A DNA stretch of 64,000 nucleotides from positions 416,001 to 480,000 of the forward strand of contig CAVPOC010000008.1 in NCBI GenBank assembly GCA_963706955.1, in the 5' to 3' direction. Position 1 is the stretch's first letter, and every line of letters starts with the position of its first letter. A program made the position numbers and the translations under genes. Below, piece after piece: positions 48,889-57,407 of the stretch. Below the pieces are notes generated by a model. The model made no database searches. It was not told the origin of the DNA and saw only the letters and a list, made by a program, of their open reading frames with translations. This DNA comes from an uncultured Verrucomicrobiae bacterium (GTDB lineage: Bacteria > Verrucomicrobiota > Verrucomicrobiia > Chthoniobacterales > Terrimicrobiaceae).

Positions 48889-49336
48889 ATGATGAAGAAA
48901 AAACTGCTCGGAGCAATGCTTTCGGCGTTCTGCCTTAGCCTGGTCGTCGCATGCAAACCTCAGGAGCCGCCAAAGCCCGACATCAGCGCGGAAACTGCTG
49001 AGGTGGAAGGAAAAATTCAGAAATTCAAAGCCACGCCCAACCGAGAGAACATGGAAGAAGCAGACCGGGCCCTTGCGGATATGAATGCGAAGATCAAGGA
49101 ATTGGAAGCCCGCGAGCCTCAGGTAGGCGGCGCCGAAAAGGACAAGAGCCGTCGGCAAGTTGTCAGCCATGCGCACTCAGTCCAACCTCTACACGCTCGA
49201 GATCGCATCCGTGAAGGCGCAGGCGGTCACCGGCCGCGCTTTGGAAAAAGCAGGAGACGCTGTTAAGAAAGCCGGAGATGCGATGAAAGACGCCGCTGAT
49301 GCGGTAAGCGACTCCTTCAATTCCAGAAACAACTGA
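48889..49336 (+). pseudogene. Lipoprotein with apparent 1-nt frameshift at ~49147
   Basis: Lipobox 'LVVAC'; after GAC AAG an extra A shifts frame, and the alternate frame continues 'AVGKLSAMRTQ...KAGDAVKKAGDAMKDAADAVSDSF' to TGA 49336. Confidence 0.65.
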
Positions 49337-49460
49337 GCCCTCGATTGTCGCCAACCTCAAGAGTCCGCTTCCGCCTTGAACTGGCCGGTAGAGACGTTTG
49401 GTGTCCGCACACCTGATGTGCTACTATGGCATGTTGCCAGTCTAGACCTGCTCCGCCGTA

Positions 49461-50702
49461 ATGAATTCGCCACTTCCTGCAAATCCGGTCGCGCGATGGT
49501 TGTTGATCCTGGTTCTGGCCGCGGGCGTTTATTTCTTCCATGGGTTCCTCGTTCCAGTGCTGGCAGCGCTGACGATTGGATTCGCAAGCTGGCCTCTTTA
49601 CAGGAGGCTGGTGCAGGCATGCGACGGGCATACGCCCCTTGCGGCCAGCATCGCTTTGATCATTGTCTTGCTCGTCCTTGTCATCCCGCTGGCCTTGGCC
49701 TTCTGGTACGCCACCAACGAGATTAGCACCTGGGTGGCTTGGCTAGTCGAGGCAAACCGGAACGGAGTTCCCGTCCCGGAGTCGATCATCACCATGCCCT
49801 TTTTCGGACAATGGCTGGCAGAAAGCTGGCAGAGGTATTTGGGCGAACCGCGCGCTCTCGGCGAAATTATTCAGATCCTGAGTGGCGAACATGTTGGAAA
49901 CATCTCGCGCTGGGTTCTGGCTACCGGTCGGGAGGCATTCAACCTTTTGCTCTCGGTGTTGTTCATTATGATCACCCTCTTCTTCGTTTACAAGGACGGG
50001 GCGGTGATGGTCGAGCAACTCGACCGTGTCGGCGAACGTATCTTGCCGCGCCGCTGGGAGCGATTCTCGCGAGTCGTTCCGGCGACAATCAGCTCGACCG
50101 TTACTGGAATGACGCTGATTGCCATCGGCGAAGGAATTGTTCTCGGCCTCGCATACAAGATCGCCGGGGTCCCCTCTTCGTTCTTGCTGGGAGTGCTTAC
50201 CGGATTTATGGCCATGGTTCCCGGCGGAGCACCGCTCTCCGTTACCCTCGTCTCGCTCTATTTGCTGGCCAGTGGCAGGCCGATTGCCGCGGTCGCTCTA
50301 TTTGCGTGGGGAGCGATTGAGCTTTTTGTCGTGGACAAGACGCTTCGCCCTAAGTTGGTTGGCGGCCCGATTCGTCTCCCGTTCCTTCCGACGTTGTTTG
50401 GCCTTATCGGCGGGGTCAAGACCATGGGAATGGTGGGCCTGTTCGTCGGCCCTGTGCTGATGGCCTTACTTGTCGCCATCTGGCGTGAATGGGTGCTGAC
50501 AACTGACGCCGAAGTTGTCGACGAAGCCATGCGAGAAAACTCCGAAGGCGAAATGGCCATCACGCCCGCTCCGATCGGCCCTCCGGCAGCGGCCGTCTGG
50601 AGTTCCGCGGAGCCGCGCGAGATGCCCGGGCCGCCGCGCATGGCCGAAACACATCAGCGGCGCTCCGACGAGGTTATCTCGAGCTCGCATCCCTCCATTT
50701 AA
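49461..50702 (+). CDS. AI-2E family transporter
   Basis: 'TLFFVYKDG', 'GVLTGFMAMVPGG', 'DKTLRPKLVG', 'GLFVGPVLMA'. Confidence 0.9.
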   Translation: MNSPLPANPVARWLLILVLAAGVYFFHGFLVPVLAALTIGFASWPLYRRLVQACDGHTPLAASIALIIVLLVLVIPLALAFWYATNEISTWVAWLVEANRNGVPVPESIITMPFFGQWLAESWQRYLGEPRALGEIIQILSGEHVGNISRWVLATGREAFNLLLSVLFIMITLFFVYKDGAVMVEQLDRVGERILPRRWERFSRVVPATISSTVTGMTLIAIGEGIVLGLAYKIAGVPSSFLLGVLTGFMAMVPGGAPLSVTLVSLYLLASGRPIAAVALFAWGAIELFVVDKTLRPKLVGGPIRLPFLPTLFGLIGGVKTMGMVGLFVGPVLMALLVAIWREWVLTTDAEVVDEAMRENSEGEMAITPAPIGPPAAAVWSSAEPREMPGPPRMAETHQRRSDEVISSSHPSI

Positions 50703-50858
50703 GCACTGAAGCTAAGAGCAGCTTCCCCCTCGTTTACCCGACCGGCAGCGCGGATCTAGCGAGTCGCTTGGCGCTCGGGCGAATGCAATGGCGCGCCAAA
50801 CTTCTCGCGCTCTCGTGCTCGAATCGCCAGACTCCGGCGCCATGAGATTCCCCAGAGT

Positions 50859-52367
50859 ATGGATCTGCCTGTCCGTTGTTCTCGTTGGCACTTTGCCGCC
50901 TGCTTGAGTGACGCCGCTGGCGCTGAGCCGCCTTCTGATCTGCCCCCCTTTCCACGTCCGACCGACAGCTACAACGACGAACACGTCGCGGATATTTGGC
51001 AAAGGCTTGCCGGCCGTGTGGCCGCGGAGCCGTTCAACCTCGTCGCGACAGTCATCTTTGTTCTGGCGATTTGCCACACCTTTTTGGCCTCAAGATTTCT
51101 GGCGATAGCACATCGCTACGAGCGCGCCTATGACGCGCTCGAGAACGAGGAGGAAAAGGCTGGACTGATTTCGGACGTAGCTCGCAGACGCGATGATCTC
51201 CGGTTTCGAGGCACCGTTTTCCATTTTCTTGGTGAGGTCGAGGCGGTCTTCGGAATCTGGGCGATTCCCTTGGCGATCGCGATCGTGGCCTTCAAGGGGT
51301 GGAAAACGATGGTCCACTACTTCGATGGCATCGAATACACCGAGCCAATCTTCGTTTTCGTGATCATGGCCATCGCGAGCTCCAAGCCCATCCTCCGCTT
51401 TGCGGAAAACTGCCTCTCTTTGTTCGCCGCGGCGGGGGGCAAGACCCCGGTCGCGTGGTGGTTTTCGATACTCACCGTTGGACCGCTTCTGGGTTCCTTC
51501 ATTACCGAGCCGGCCGCGATGACCATCTGCGCCCTGCTCCTCGTGGAAAGATTCTACAAGCTCCAGCCAAGCATGAACCTGCGCTATGCCACCCTTGGCC
51601 TCCTTTTCGTAAACATCTCGGTGGGCGGGACGCTCACGCACTTCGCGGCCCCCCCAGTCGTCATGGTGGCGGGCAAATGGAACTGGGGGATGGACTACAT
51701 GTTCACGGGATTTGGTTGGAAAGCCATCCTCGGTATCCTCGTCACGAATCTGCTCTATTTCGCCGTTTTCCGTTCCGAGCTAATGTCGATGCTTTCGAGC
51801 GGACGATCGGCTGAGACTAGACGGCCAATTCCGCCCTTCATCACGATCGCTCACCTTCTCGCGATCACATGGACGGTCCTTAACGCCCATCATCCAGCGC
51901 TAGTGGTCATCGGACTGCTCTTTTTCCTCGCCTTTGTCGTGGCTACTGAGCGCCATCAACACACTATCAATCTGCGCGCTCCCATGTTGGTCGGCTTTTT
52001 TCTGGCCGCATTGGTGATCCACGGGGGATGCCAACGATGGTGGATCGCGCCGGTGCTGGGCGATCTAGGCCGATGGCCGCTCATGATAGGATCTGTCATC
52101 TTGACCGCCTTCAATGACAACGCCGCCATCACCTACCTTGCGACCCTCGTTCCCGGGTTAACGGAGGAACTCAAATTCGCTGTGGTCGCTGGGGCCATTG
52201 CCGGCGGCGGCCTAACTGTCATCGCCAACGCGCCAAACCCAGCCGGCCAATCAATTCTGCAGTCGCACTTTGAAGACGGGGGCATCAGCCCATTGAAGCT
52301 CTTCCTGGGCGCACTCCTCCCCACCATCATCGTCGCCCTGGCCTTCATGCTCCTGCCATCGCTCTAG
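50859..52367 (+). CDS. Putative Na+/H+ antiporter (DUF1504 type); signal peptide possibly starts at 50842 in another frame
   Basis: 'HFLGEVEAVFGIW', 'GSFITEPAAMT', 'GGTLTHFAAPPV', 'DNAAITYL', 'GGGLTVIANAPNPAG'. Confidence 0.85.
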   Translation: MDLPVRCSRWHFAACLSDAAGAEPPSDLPPFPRPTDSYNDEHVADIWQRLAGRVAAEPFNLVATVIFVLAICHTFLASRFLAIAHRYERAYDALENEEEKAGLISDVARRRDDLRFRGTVFHFLGEVEAVFGIWAIPLAIAIVAFKGWKTMVHYFDGIEYTEPIFVFVIMAIASSKPILRFAENCLSLFAAAGGKTPVAWWFSILTVGPLLGSFITEPAAMTICALLLVERFYKLQPSMNLRYATLGLLFVNISVGGTLTHFAAPPVVMVAGKWNWGMDYMFTGFGWKAILGILVTNLLYFAVFRSELMSMLSSGRSAETRRPIPPFITIAHLLAITWTVLNAHHPALVVIGLLFFLAFVVATERHQHTINLRAPMLVGFFLAALVIHGGCQRWWIAPVLGDLGRWPLMIGSVILTAFNDNAAITYLATLVPGLTEELKFAVVAGAIAGGGLTVIANAPNPAGQSILQSHFEDGGISPLKLFLGALLPTIIVALAFMLLPSL

Positions 52368-52391
52368 AGCGCCTGCAAAGTCATTTACCAC

Positions 52392-52572
52392 CACGGAGGA
52401 CACAGAGGGCACAGAGGAGATTTTGAATGGCGAAGATTTGCGCAAACGTTTGTGCCAGACCTGGTGTGCGGCGTTCGACGTCAGACACAAAAGCCCCGAT
52501 AACTCCGCCACTTAGAACGGATCCTAAGAAGCTGCCAACTTTTCTCTGTGTCCTCTGTGTTCTCTGTGGTGA
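52392..52572. repeat. Inverted pair of triple 9-mer (CACAGAGRR) repeats
   Basis: CACGGAGGA-CACAGAGGG-CACAGAGGA (52392-52418) and CTCTGTGTC-CTCTGTGTT-CTCTGTGGTGA (52544-52572). Confidence 0.8.
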
Positions 52573-52584
52573 GTAACCCCCGCG

Positions 52585-53154
52585 TCATTTCCGAACATAA
52601 AAGATAAGATCGTCCCCGGCGCGCTTGCAGGTTATCTCCGCATCCAAATTGGCGTAGTCAGGAAGCTTGCGTATTTCGTCGTCGGAGAGGTCCCATCGAT
52701 CGCGCAAGAGATCGGGCGAAAAGCGGACCTGTTTGCGTGACCATTTGAACGAATTGAGGACCGCCTCTTTGATTTTCACCCACTTCTCTTCCTCCCAGAT
52801 CGAACAAAGAACACCTCCGCCAGATCCTCCCGCGGAGGCAATCGGTGGGGTGCTTGGTGCGCGCTCAGAGGGTTCGACGTGCAGCGTCTTGGTCGAAGAA
52901 TATTCTCTTTTCCTTACGTGCTCGATAAAGGCGCCGGTCGCCAGATCGATGTGGTTATGCTCGATTGTTCTATTGGAGAGAATGATGCGGCGAGCACTCT
53001 CGATCAGCGAAGCAAACTTCGGAAGACTAAGATCGATCTGCACCATCGCGTCGGTGGTGACGGTATACAAGAAAACCGGCTTATCGTCCTTGATCGCCGA
53101 TGCTTTCCAAGATCTCGATGTCGGATCATGCATAAATGAACTTCCGTTTTGCAA
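52585..53154 (-). CDS. Hypothetical protein, possibly a truncated remnant next to the IS
   Basis: 189-aa ORF with no recognised motif. Confidence 0.45.
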   Translation of the reverse strand: MQNGSSFMHDPTSRSWKASAIKDDKPVFLYTVTTDAMVQIDLSLPKFASLIESARRIILSNRTIEHNHIDLATGAFIEHVRKREYSSTKTLHVEPSERAPSTPPIASAGGSGGGVLCSIWEEEKWVKIKEAVLNSFKWSRKQVRFSPDLLRDRWDLSDDEIRKLPDYANLDAEITCKRAGDDLIFYVRK

Positions 53155-53313
53155 AGCGAACTAAAGAAGTTCGGCGAGCAGATCAAAGGAAATTGCGAAA
53201 GACAAGTTAGATTCAGGTCCACCGCTCCGATGCATGGATGATACCGCCGGAATGGTTGGTGCTGGTTCAAGACATAGGTAACAGGTTGGCGCCTAGATCT
53301 GAAAGGATCTGGG

Positions 53314-54519
53314 ATGCCTTGGGCGACCTCGAACCTAATGAAAAAGAGAGCTGAATTTGCGAGTAGAGCCATGAAGACGGAGAATTTTCGCGCGTTGTGC
53401 CGGGAGTTTGGGATCAGCGCACGAGTGGGCTACAAGTGGCGCGATAGATTTATGGCCGAAGGGCTCTGCGGGCTGGATGACCAGAGTCGGCGGCCGCATT
53501 GTTGTCCTGGTCAGCTAAGGGAGGAAGAGATCTGCGCGATGGTGCGGATCAAAGAACGGCATCGGCATTGGGGGGCGCAGAAGATTCGGGAAGTTTACCT
53601 GCGCCAGCATGGGCAGGCGCCGAGCGAGAGCAGTTTTAAGCGGGTGCTGGAACGCTGCGGGTTGACGGAAAAGCGCAAGGTGAGACCCGCTAAGCAGACG
53701 GGACGGATTGCCAGCGGGCGCAAAGCGAGCGCACCGAACGAGGTCTGGACGGTGGACTTTAAAGGCTGGTGGCACGATCGGGAGGGCCGATGTGAGCCAT
53801 TGACCGTGCGCGACGAATATAGTCGCTATGTGCTCGAACTACGAGCGCTACCCAATGCCCGCGGCGCGACGGTGCAGGCGTGTTTTGAACGGCTTTTTGG
53901 ACAACACGGATTGCCCGAAGCCATCCGCAGCGACAATGGAGTTCCCTTTGCCAGTCCCAACGGTTTGCTCGGACTCTCCCAACTCAGTGTCTGGTGGCTG
54001 GCCCTTGGTATTGACCTGGAACGTAGTCGCTCGGGGTGTCCGCAGGACAACGGCGCCCACGAGCGCTTGCACCGAGACATCGCCCGAGAACTCGAAGGCG
54101 TCCAGCATGAGGAACGCCAGGCCGCCTTTGAAACCTGGCGGCGAGAGTTTAATGAGGAGCGACCCCACCAGGCCCTCGGGATGCGAGTGCCCGCGGACCT
54201 GTACCTACCCTCCGTGCGCCAGTGGACGGGGACCCCTGCGCAGATCAGCTATGTTGGCATGGCGACGCGCCGAGTAAAAAAGGCCGGAGCGATTTGTTAC
54301 CAGGACCAGCGGATCTTCATCTCCCAAGCTCTGGCCGGATGGGACTTGGGGTTGCGTTATCGCAGTGAGCAGGTCCTGGAGGTTTACTTCGCGCAGCTTC
54401 TCTTGGGACTGCTCGAAACGCCGACAGCAGCCTTTATTCCAATAACCAAAACGCAATCCACGAGCTCAAGTCTGCTTCGGGAACAATCTAAGGAACTCCC
54501 GATGTTGGCGGCCGCCTAA
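53314..54519 (+). CDS. IS481-family DDE transposase
   Basis: HTH 'LCREFGIS..GYKW', 'WTVDFKG', 'IRSDNG', 'NGAHERLH', 'FNEERPHQAL'. Confidence 0.92.
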   Translation: MPWATSNLMKKRAEFASRAMKTENFRALCREFGISARVGYKWRDRFMAEGLCGLDDQSRRPHCCPGQLREEEICAMVRIKERHRHWGAQKIREVYLRQHGQAPSESSFKRVLERCGLTEKRKVRPAKQTGRIASGRKASAPNEVWTVDFKGWWHDREGRCEPLTVRDEYSRYVLELRALPNARGATVQACFERLFGQHGLPEAIRSDNGVPFASPNGLLGLSQLSVWWLALGIDLERSRSGCPQDNGAHERLHRDIARELEGVQHEERQAAFETWRREFNEERPHQALGMRVPADLYLPSVRQWTGTPAQISYVGMATRRVKKAGAICYQDQRIFISQALAGWDLGLRYRSEQVLEVYFAQLLLGLLETPTAAFIPITKTQSTSSSLLREQSKELPMLAAA

Positions 54520-54533
54520 AGTGAACTCGACGC

Positions 54534-54634
54534 CTTATTCACAAACCGGTTGCTCTGGCTGGGCGCCAGCGCCCGAGCTTTGTCCCTGCGGGGCTCGGGC
54601 TGCCGCAACCTCGTCTTCGGCGTTTGTGAATAAG
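54534..54634. other. Multi-branched stem-loop in the IS right end
   Basis: Perfect 13-bp stem CTTATTCACAAAC/GTTTGTGAATAAG enclosing GGTTGC/GCAACC and GCCCGAGC/GCTCGGGC stems. Confidence 0.7.
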
Positions 54635-54766
54635 TCTCACCTTCTTCCAATTCCACAAATCCGAATCAAACCAACGAATAACAAACCAACATAAACCGCC
54701 CAATGTGTTACCTATGTCCTGAACCAGAAGTGTTACCTATGTCTTGACCGCTCCGTTGCGTTAAAC

Positions 54767-54794
54767 CCATCAACTCTCAACCATGAACCATCAA
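54767..54794. repeat. Heptamer tandem repeat (4 copies)
   Basis: CCATCAA CTCTCAA CCATGAA CCATCAA. Confidence 0.7.
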
Positions 54795-54833
54795 CTATTG
54801 CGCGACCGACGCTGCCTCACGGCGGCCCATCTG

Positions 54834-55595
54834 TCATTTTAGCGTGATCTTTGCGAATAAATCTTTGCCGAGGACCTTCTGAATTAGGGCGTCTATTTGC
54901 GATGCCCGCGGCACACATACGGACGGCCGCCACGGGTAAATGCGGTCGTTGATCCAAGGGGGCTGCCAATTGCTGGTGATCTTCACGAACTGCTCGGCGA
55001 AATTGGCTTGCCGCGCGAGCGGATACATCCCCTCGATCTCCAGGCAGCCATCCAGACAGACGTCCACATAAGATTGGACGATGGGGTGTTCGGATGATGG
55101 AAATCTCTTCTCCGTGTTGCCGTAGAACCAGATGTCGGCTTCGGGCACGGTCTGGCTTCCATCGAGCATGGTGATCTGGGATGGATCGATCTTCGTGAGC
55201 TGGTAGCCAACTTCGCGTTCGCCATAAGCGGCAAACTCCGCCGAGGCGACTGGGAAGATGACGCCGTTGCAGACCGAATCCTTTTCCAACACCGCGCCGA
55301 GGTAGGTCGGATTCCAACTCGGTCCGCCGGTCTGGTCGAACCAGCCACGGCTCACGCCGCGGACAATTACCGGGTAAGCGAATTCGGCTCCCGCCGAGGT
55401 TCCCATGCGTGATTGGCGCTGCACGAGTGAGCCGTAACCAAAAATATACTGCGGACGCGCCGAGCCGCCGACCTTGTCGAGTTCGCCGGCGCGGGCGTGT
55501 GACGTCGCTGGGTTGGCCTCGACCGCAAGGCCGGCGGCGGAGATCCCCAAAAGTGCTATCGCCTTGCGTCGTGAAAGAACGTATTGATCGGACAT
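54834..55595 (-). CDS. Gamma-glutamylcyclotransferase-like protein with Tat signal
   Basis: 'SRRKAIALL' twin-arginine leader; 'YIFGYGSL', 'NGVIF', 'REVGY'. Confidence 0.75.
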   Translation of the reverse strand: MSDQYVLSRRKAIALLGISAAGLAVEANPATSHARAGELDKVGGSARPQYIFGYGSLVQRQSRMGTSAGAEFAYPVIVRGVSRGWFDQTGGPSWNPTYLGAVLEKDSVCNGVIFPVASAEFAAYGEREVGYQLTKIDPSQITMLDGSQTVPEADIWFYGNTEKRFPSSEHPIVQSYVDVCLDGCLEIEGMYPLARQANFAEQFVKITSNWQPPWINDRIYPWRPSVCVPRASQIDALIQKVLGKDLFAKITLK

Positions 55596-55672
55596 TGTGT
55601 TTCCTCCTGTATGAATCAGCCTAGCACCGTTGCCCCCCTGAAAAGCACTGAAGATTTGACGATAACGCTCCT

Positions 55673-56479
55673 ATGAATCCAAACAAAGCACTCTGGGAAA
55701 AAGGCGACTTCACCCGCCTCGCCGACACCATGCGCCAGAGCGGAGAGGCGCTCGTGCAGAGCCTGGGAATCACCAACGGACTCAAGGTTCTGGATCTCGG
55801 ATGCGGCGATGGCACCACCGCCGTGCCAGCGGCCAAGCTGGGAGCGGACGTGCTCGGCGTCGACATCGCCCGGAATCTAGTCGAGGCCGGAAACAAACGA
55901 GCCGCCGAGCAGGGCCTGACAAACTGCAAATTTCAGGAAGGGGATGCGTGCAATCTCCATCCGTTGCCGGATAAAACGTTTGATCTCGTCGTGACGATCT
56001 TCGGTGCGATGTTTGCCCCCAAACCTTTCGATGTGGCCAAGGAGATGGTCCGGGTCACGCGGCCGGGAGGTCGAATTGTCATGGGCAACTGGATCCCCAA
56101 TGATCCGACACTCGTCGCGCAAATCTTGCGGATTAGCTCGAGTTACACGCCGCCACCGCCAGAAGGGTTCGTCAGCCCGATGACTTGGGGCGTCGAGAGC
56201 AACGTCATCGAGCGGTTTGGCGCTGCCGGAGTTCCGGCAGAGAAGATATCTTTCCTGCGAGACACGTTCACCTTCAACTTTCCCGGCGAGCCGGCGGCGT
56301 TCATGAATGTATTCAAAACCTACTACGGACCTACCATGAACGCCTTCGAAGCCGCAGAGAAGACCGGCCGGGCCGCTGAGCTCCAGAAAGAACTTGCAGA
56401 GTTGTTCAGCAGCCAAAATCAAAGTAAAAATGCCACCTCCATTCCGGCAAAGTTCCTCCGCGTGACGGTCTCCCTTTGA
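55673..56479 (+). CDS. Class I SAM-dependent methyltransferase
   Basis: 'VLDLGCGDG', 'GVDIA', 'FDLVVTIFGAMFAP', 'RPGGRI'. Confidence 0.92.
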   Translation: MNPNKALWEKGDFTRLADTMRQSGEALVQSLGITNGLKVLDLGCGDGTTAVPAAKLGADVLGVDIARNLVEAGNKRAAEQGLTNCKFQEGDACNLHPLPDKTFDLVVTIFGAMFAPKPFDVAKEMVRVTRPGGRIVMGNWIPNDPTLVAQILRISSSYTPPPPEGFVSPMTWGVESNVIERFGAAGVPAEKISFLRDTFTFNFPGEPAAFMNVFKTYYGPTMNAFEAAEKTGRAAELQKELAELFSSQNQSKNATSIPAKFLRVTVSL

Positions 56480-56565
56480 TCGCTTCACCCCAATGCGCGA
56501 CACCCTCGCGCCAAGCCGTGCGACTTGCACTGGATCTTCGCGAGATAATTCGCCTTCTCTACCAT

Positions 56566-56692
56566 CCACAGATTGACGCAGATGCACACAGATTCTCGGC
56601 TGCGGCGATTAGAAATTCCTTAACCATCAAGTCCTCTTCCGCACTTCAGGTCAACCTCCTTTCCTCTGTGTCATCGGTGTTCTCTGTGGTGA
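56566..56692. repeat. Second pair of CACAGA-type triplet repeats
   Basis: CCACAGATTGACGCAGATGCACACAGATT (56566-56594) and CTCTGTGTCATCGGTGTTCTCTGTGGTGA (56664-56692). Confidence 0.7.
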
Positions 56693-56704
56693 CCTTCGGA
56701 TTCG

Positions 56705-56733
56705 TGCCGGCGGCGGGACTCGAACCTGCACAC
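56705..56733 (-). other. Orphan tRNA 3' fragment (Leu-like), probable att-site scar
   Basis: Minus strand GTGT-GCAGG-TTCGAGT-CCCGC-CGCCGGC-A gives a T-arm plus 3' acceptor strand; no D-arm or anticodon arm upstream. Confidence 0.65.
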
Positions 56734-57407
56734 GCACCCTTGAGAACCGCATAAATACAGGATTCCTTGCAGCTTGCAGCAAGTTTCCCTCGCCGCGGCG
56801 AGTTGCTCGATCTTGCGGAAAAGTGGGTGGATTCGGCCTGCATCTCGTTAGGCTCACCTTTGAGAGTATGCAGCGCGTTATCTCTGCGTAACACCACGCG
56901 CGCGTTTCCCCCAAGGGCGGCTCAATCCGCATGCGCATTTGTCCAAAATATCAACTCGTGACTCCATGACATGATTGACAAGCCGCAAACCACGGGGCGC
57001 GGCCGAGCTTATGAGAGGGTCTGATCCTAGAGATAGCGGTGTCGAGCCGGAACGCCGGATCACTCGATGGCGCCAATGACTCCCTACGCCGAGCGCGGAA
57101 GGTCCTCGGCGGAGTATGACACGACGCGGCTCTTTGTCGGCTCGAAGGGTGCACTCGGGTGTTTACCGAGGAGACTGTCGGCCGACCGCGATTTCGGCAG
57201 CGTTGTAATCATTCCCCAGAGTCGAGGCCGCAGTAAACACTGTAATGCGAACCATCCAGGAGGTATTCCGGTGGCGCACTCGCGATTGGCGCGTTGTCCC
57301 TGAATCCAAAGAAAGGCCTATTTTCCCTCGAACGCGCTGAAATCAGTCGGCTTATTGTCCATTGAAGAAGAAATCGTACGACTTCAGATCGCCTGAAGCT
57401 TCGCCGC

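Larger units (their letters stand above)
53262..54749 (+). mobile_element. IS481-family insertion sequence
   Basis: Left IR CTGGTTCAAGACATAGGTAACA (53262-53283); two right copies TGTTACCTATGTCCTGAACCAG (54706-54727) and TGTTACCTATGTCTTGACC (54731-54749); exact tips uncertain. Confidence 0.85.

Noticed and set aside
52392..52572. CRISPR-like array
   Set aside because: Units are 9 nt in tandem without unique spacers, and no cas genes are present
56734..57000. Group I intron-containing tRNA-Leu
   Set aside because: No 5' exon with a D-loop and no recognisable P7 core elements were found
56705..57060. Possible tmRNA on the minus strand (5' TCCGGCG…GGCTCGAC, 3' T-arm, ~355 nt)
   Set aside because: The acceptor stem lacks the GGGG start, G3-U70 pair and CCA end, no tag ORF was recognised, and the putative 5' end is explained by a local hairpin (TGATCC/GGATCA). 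An ARAGORN or Rfam scan would settle it.
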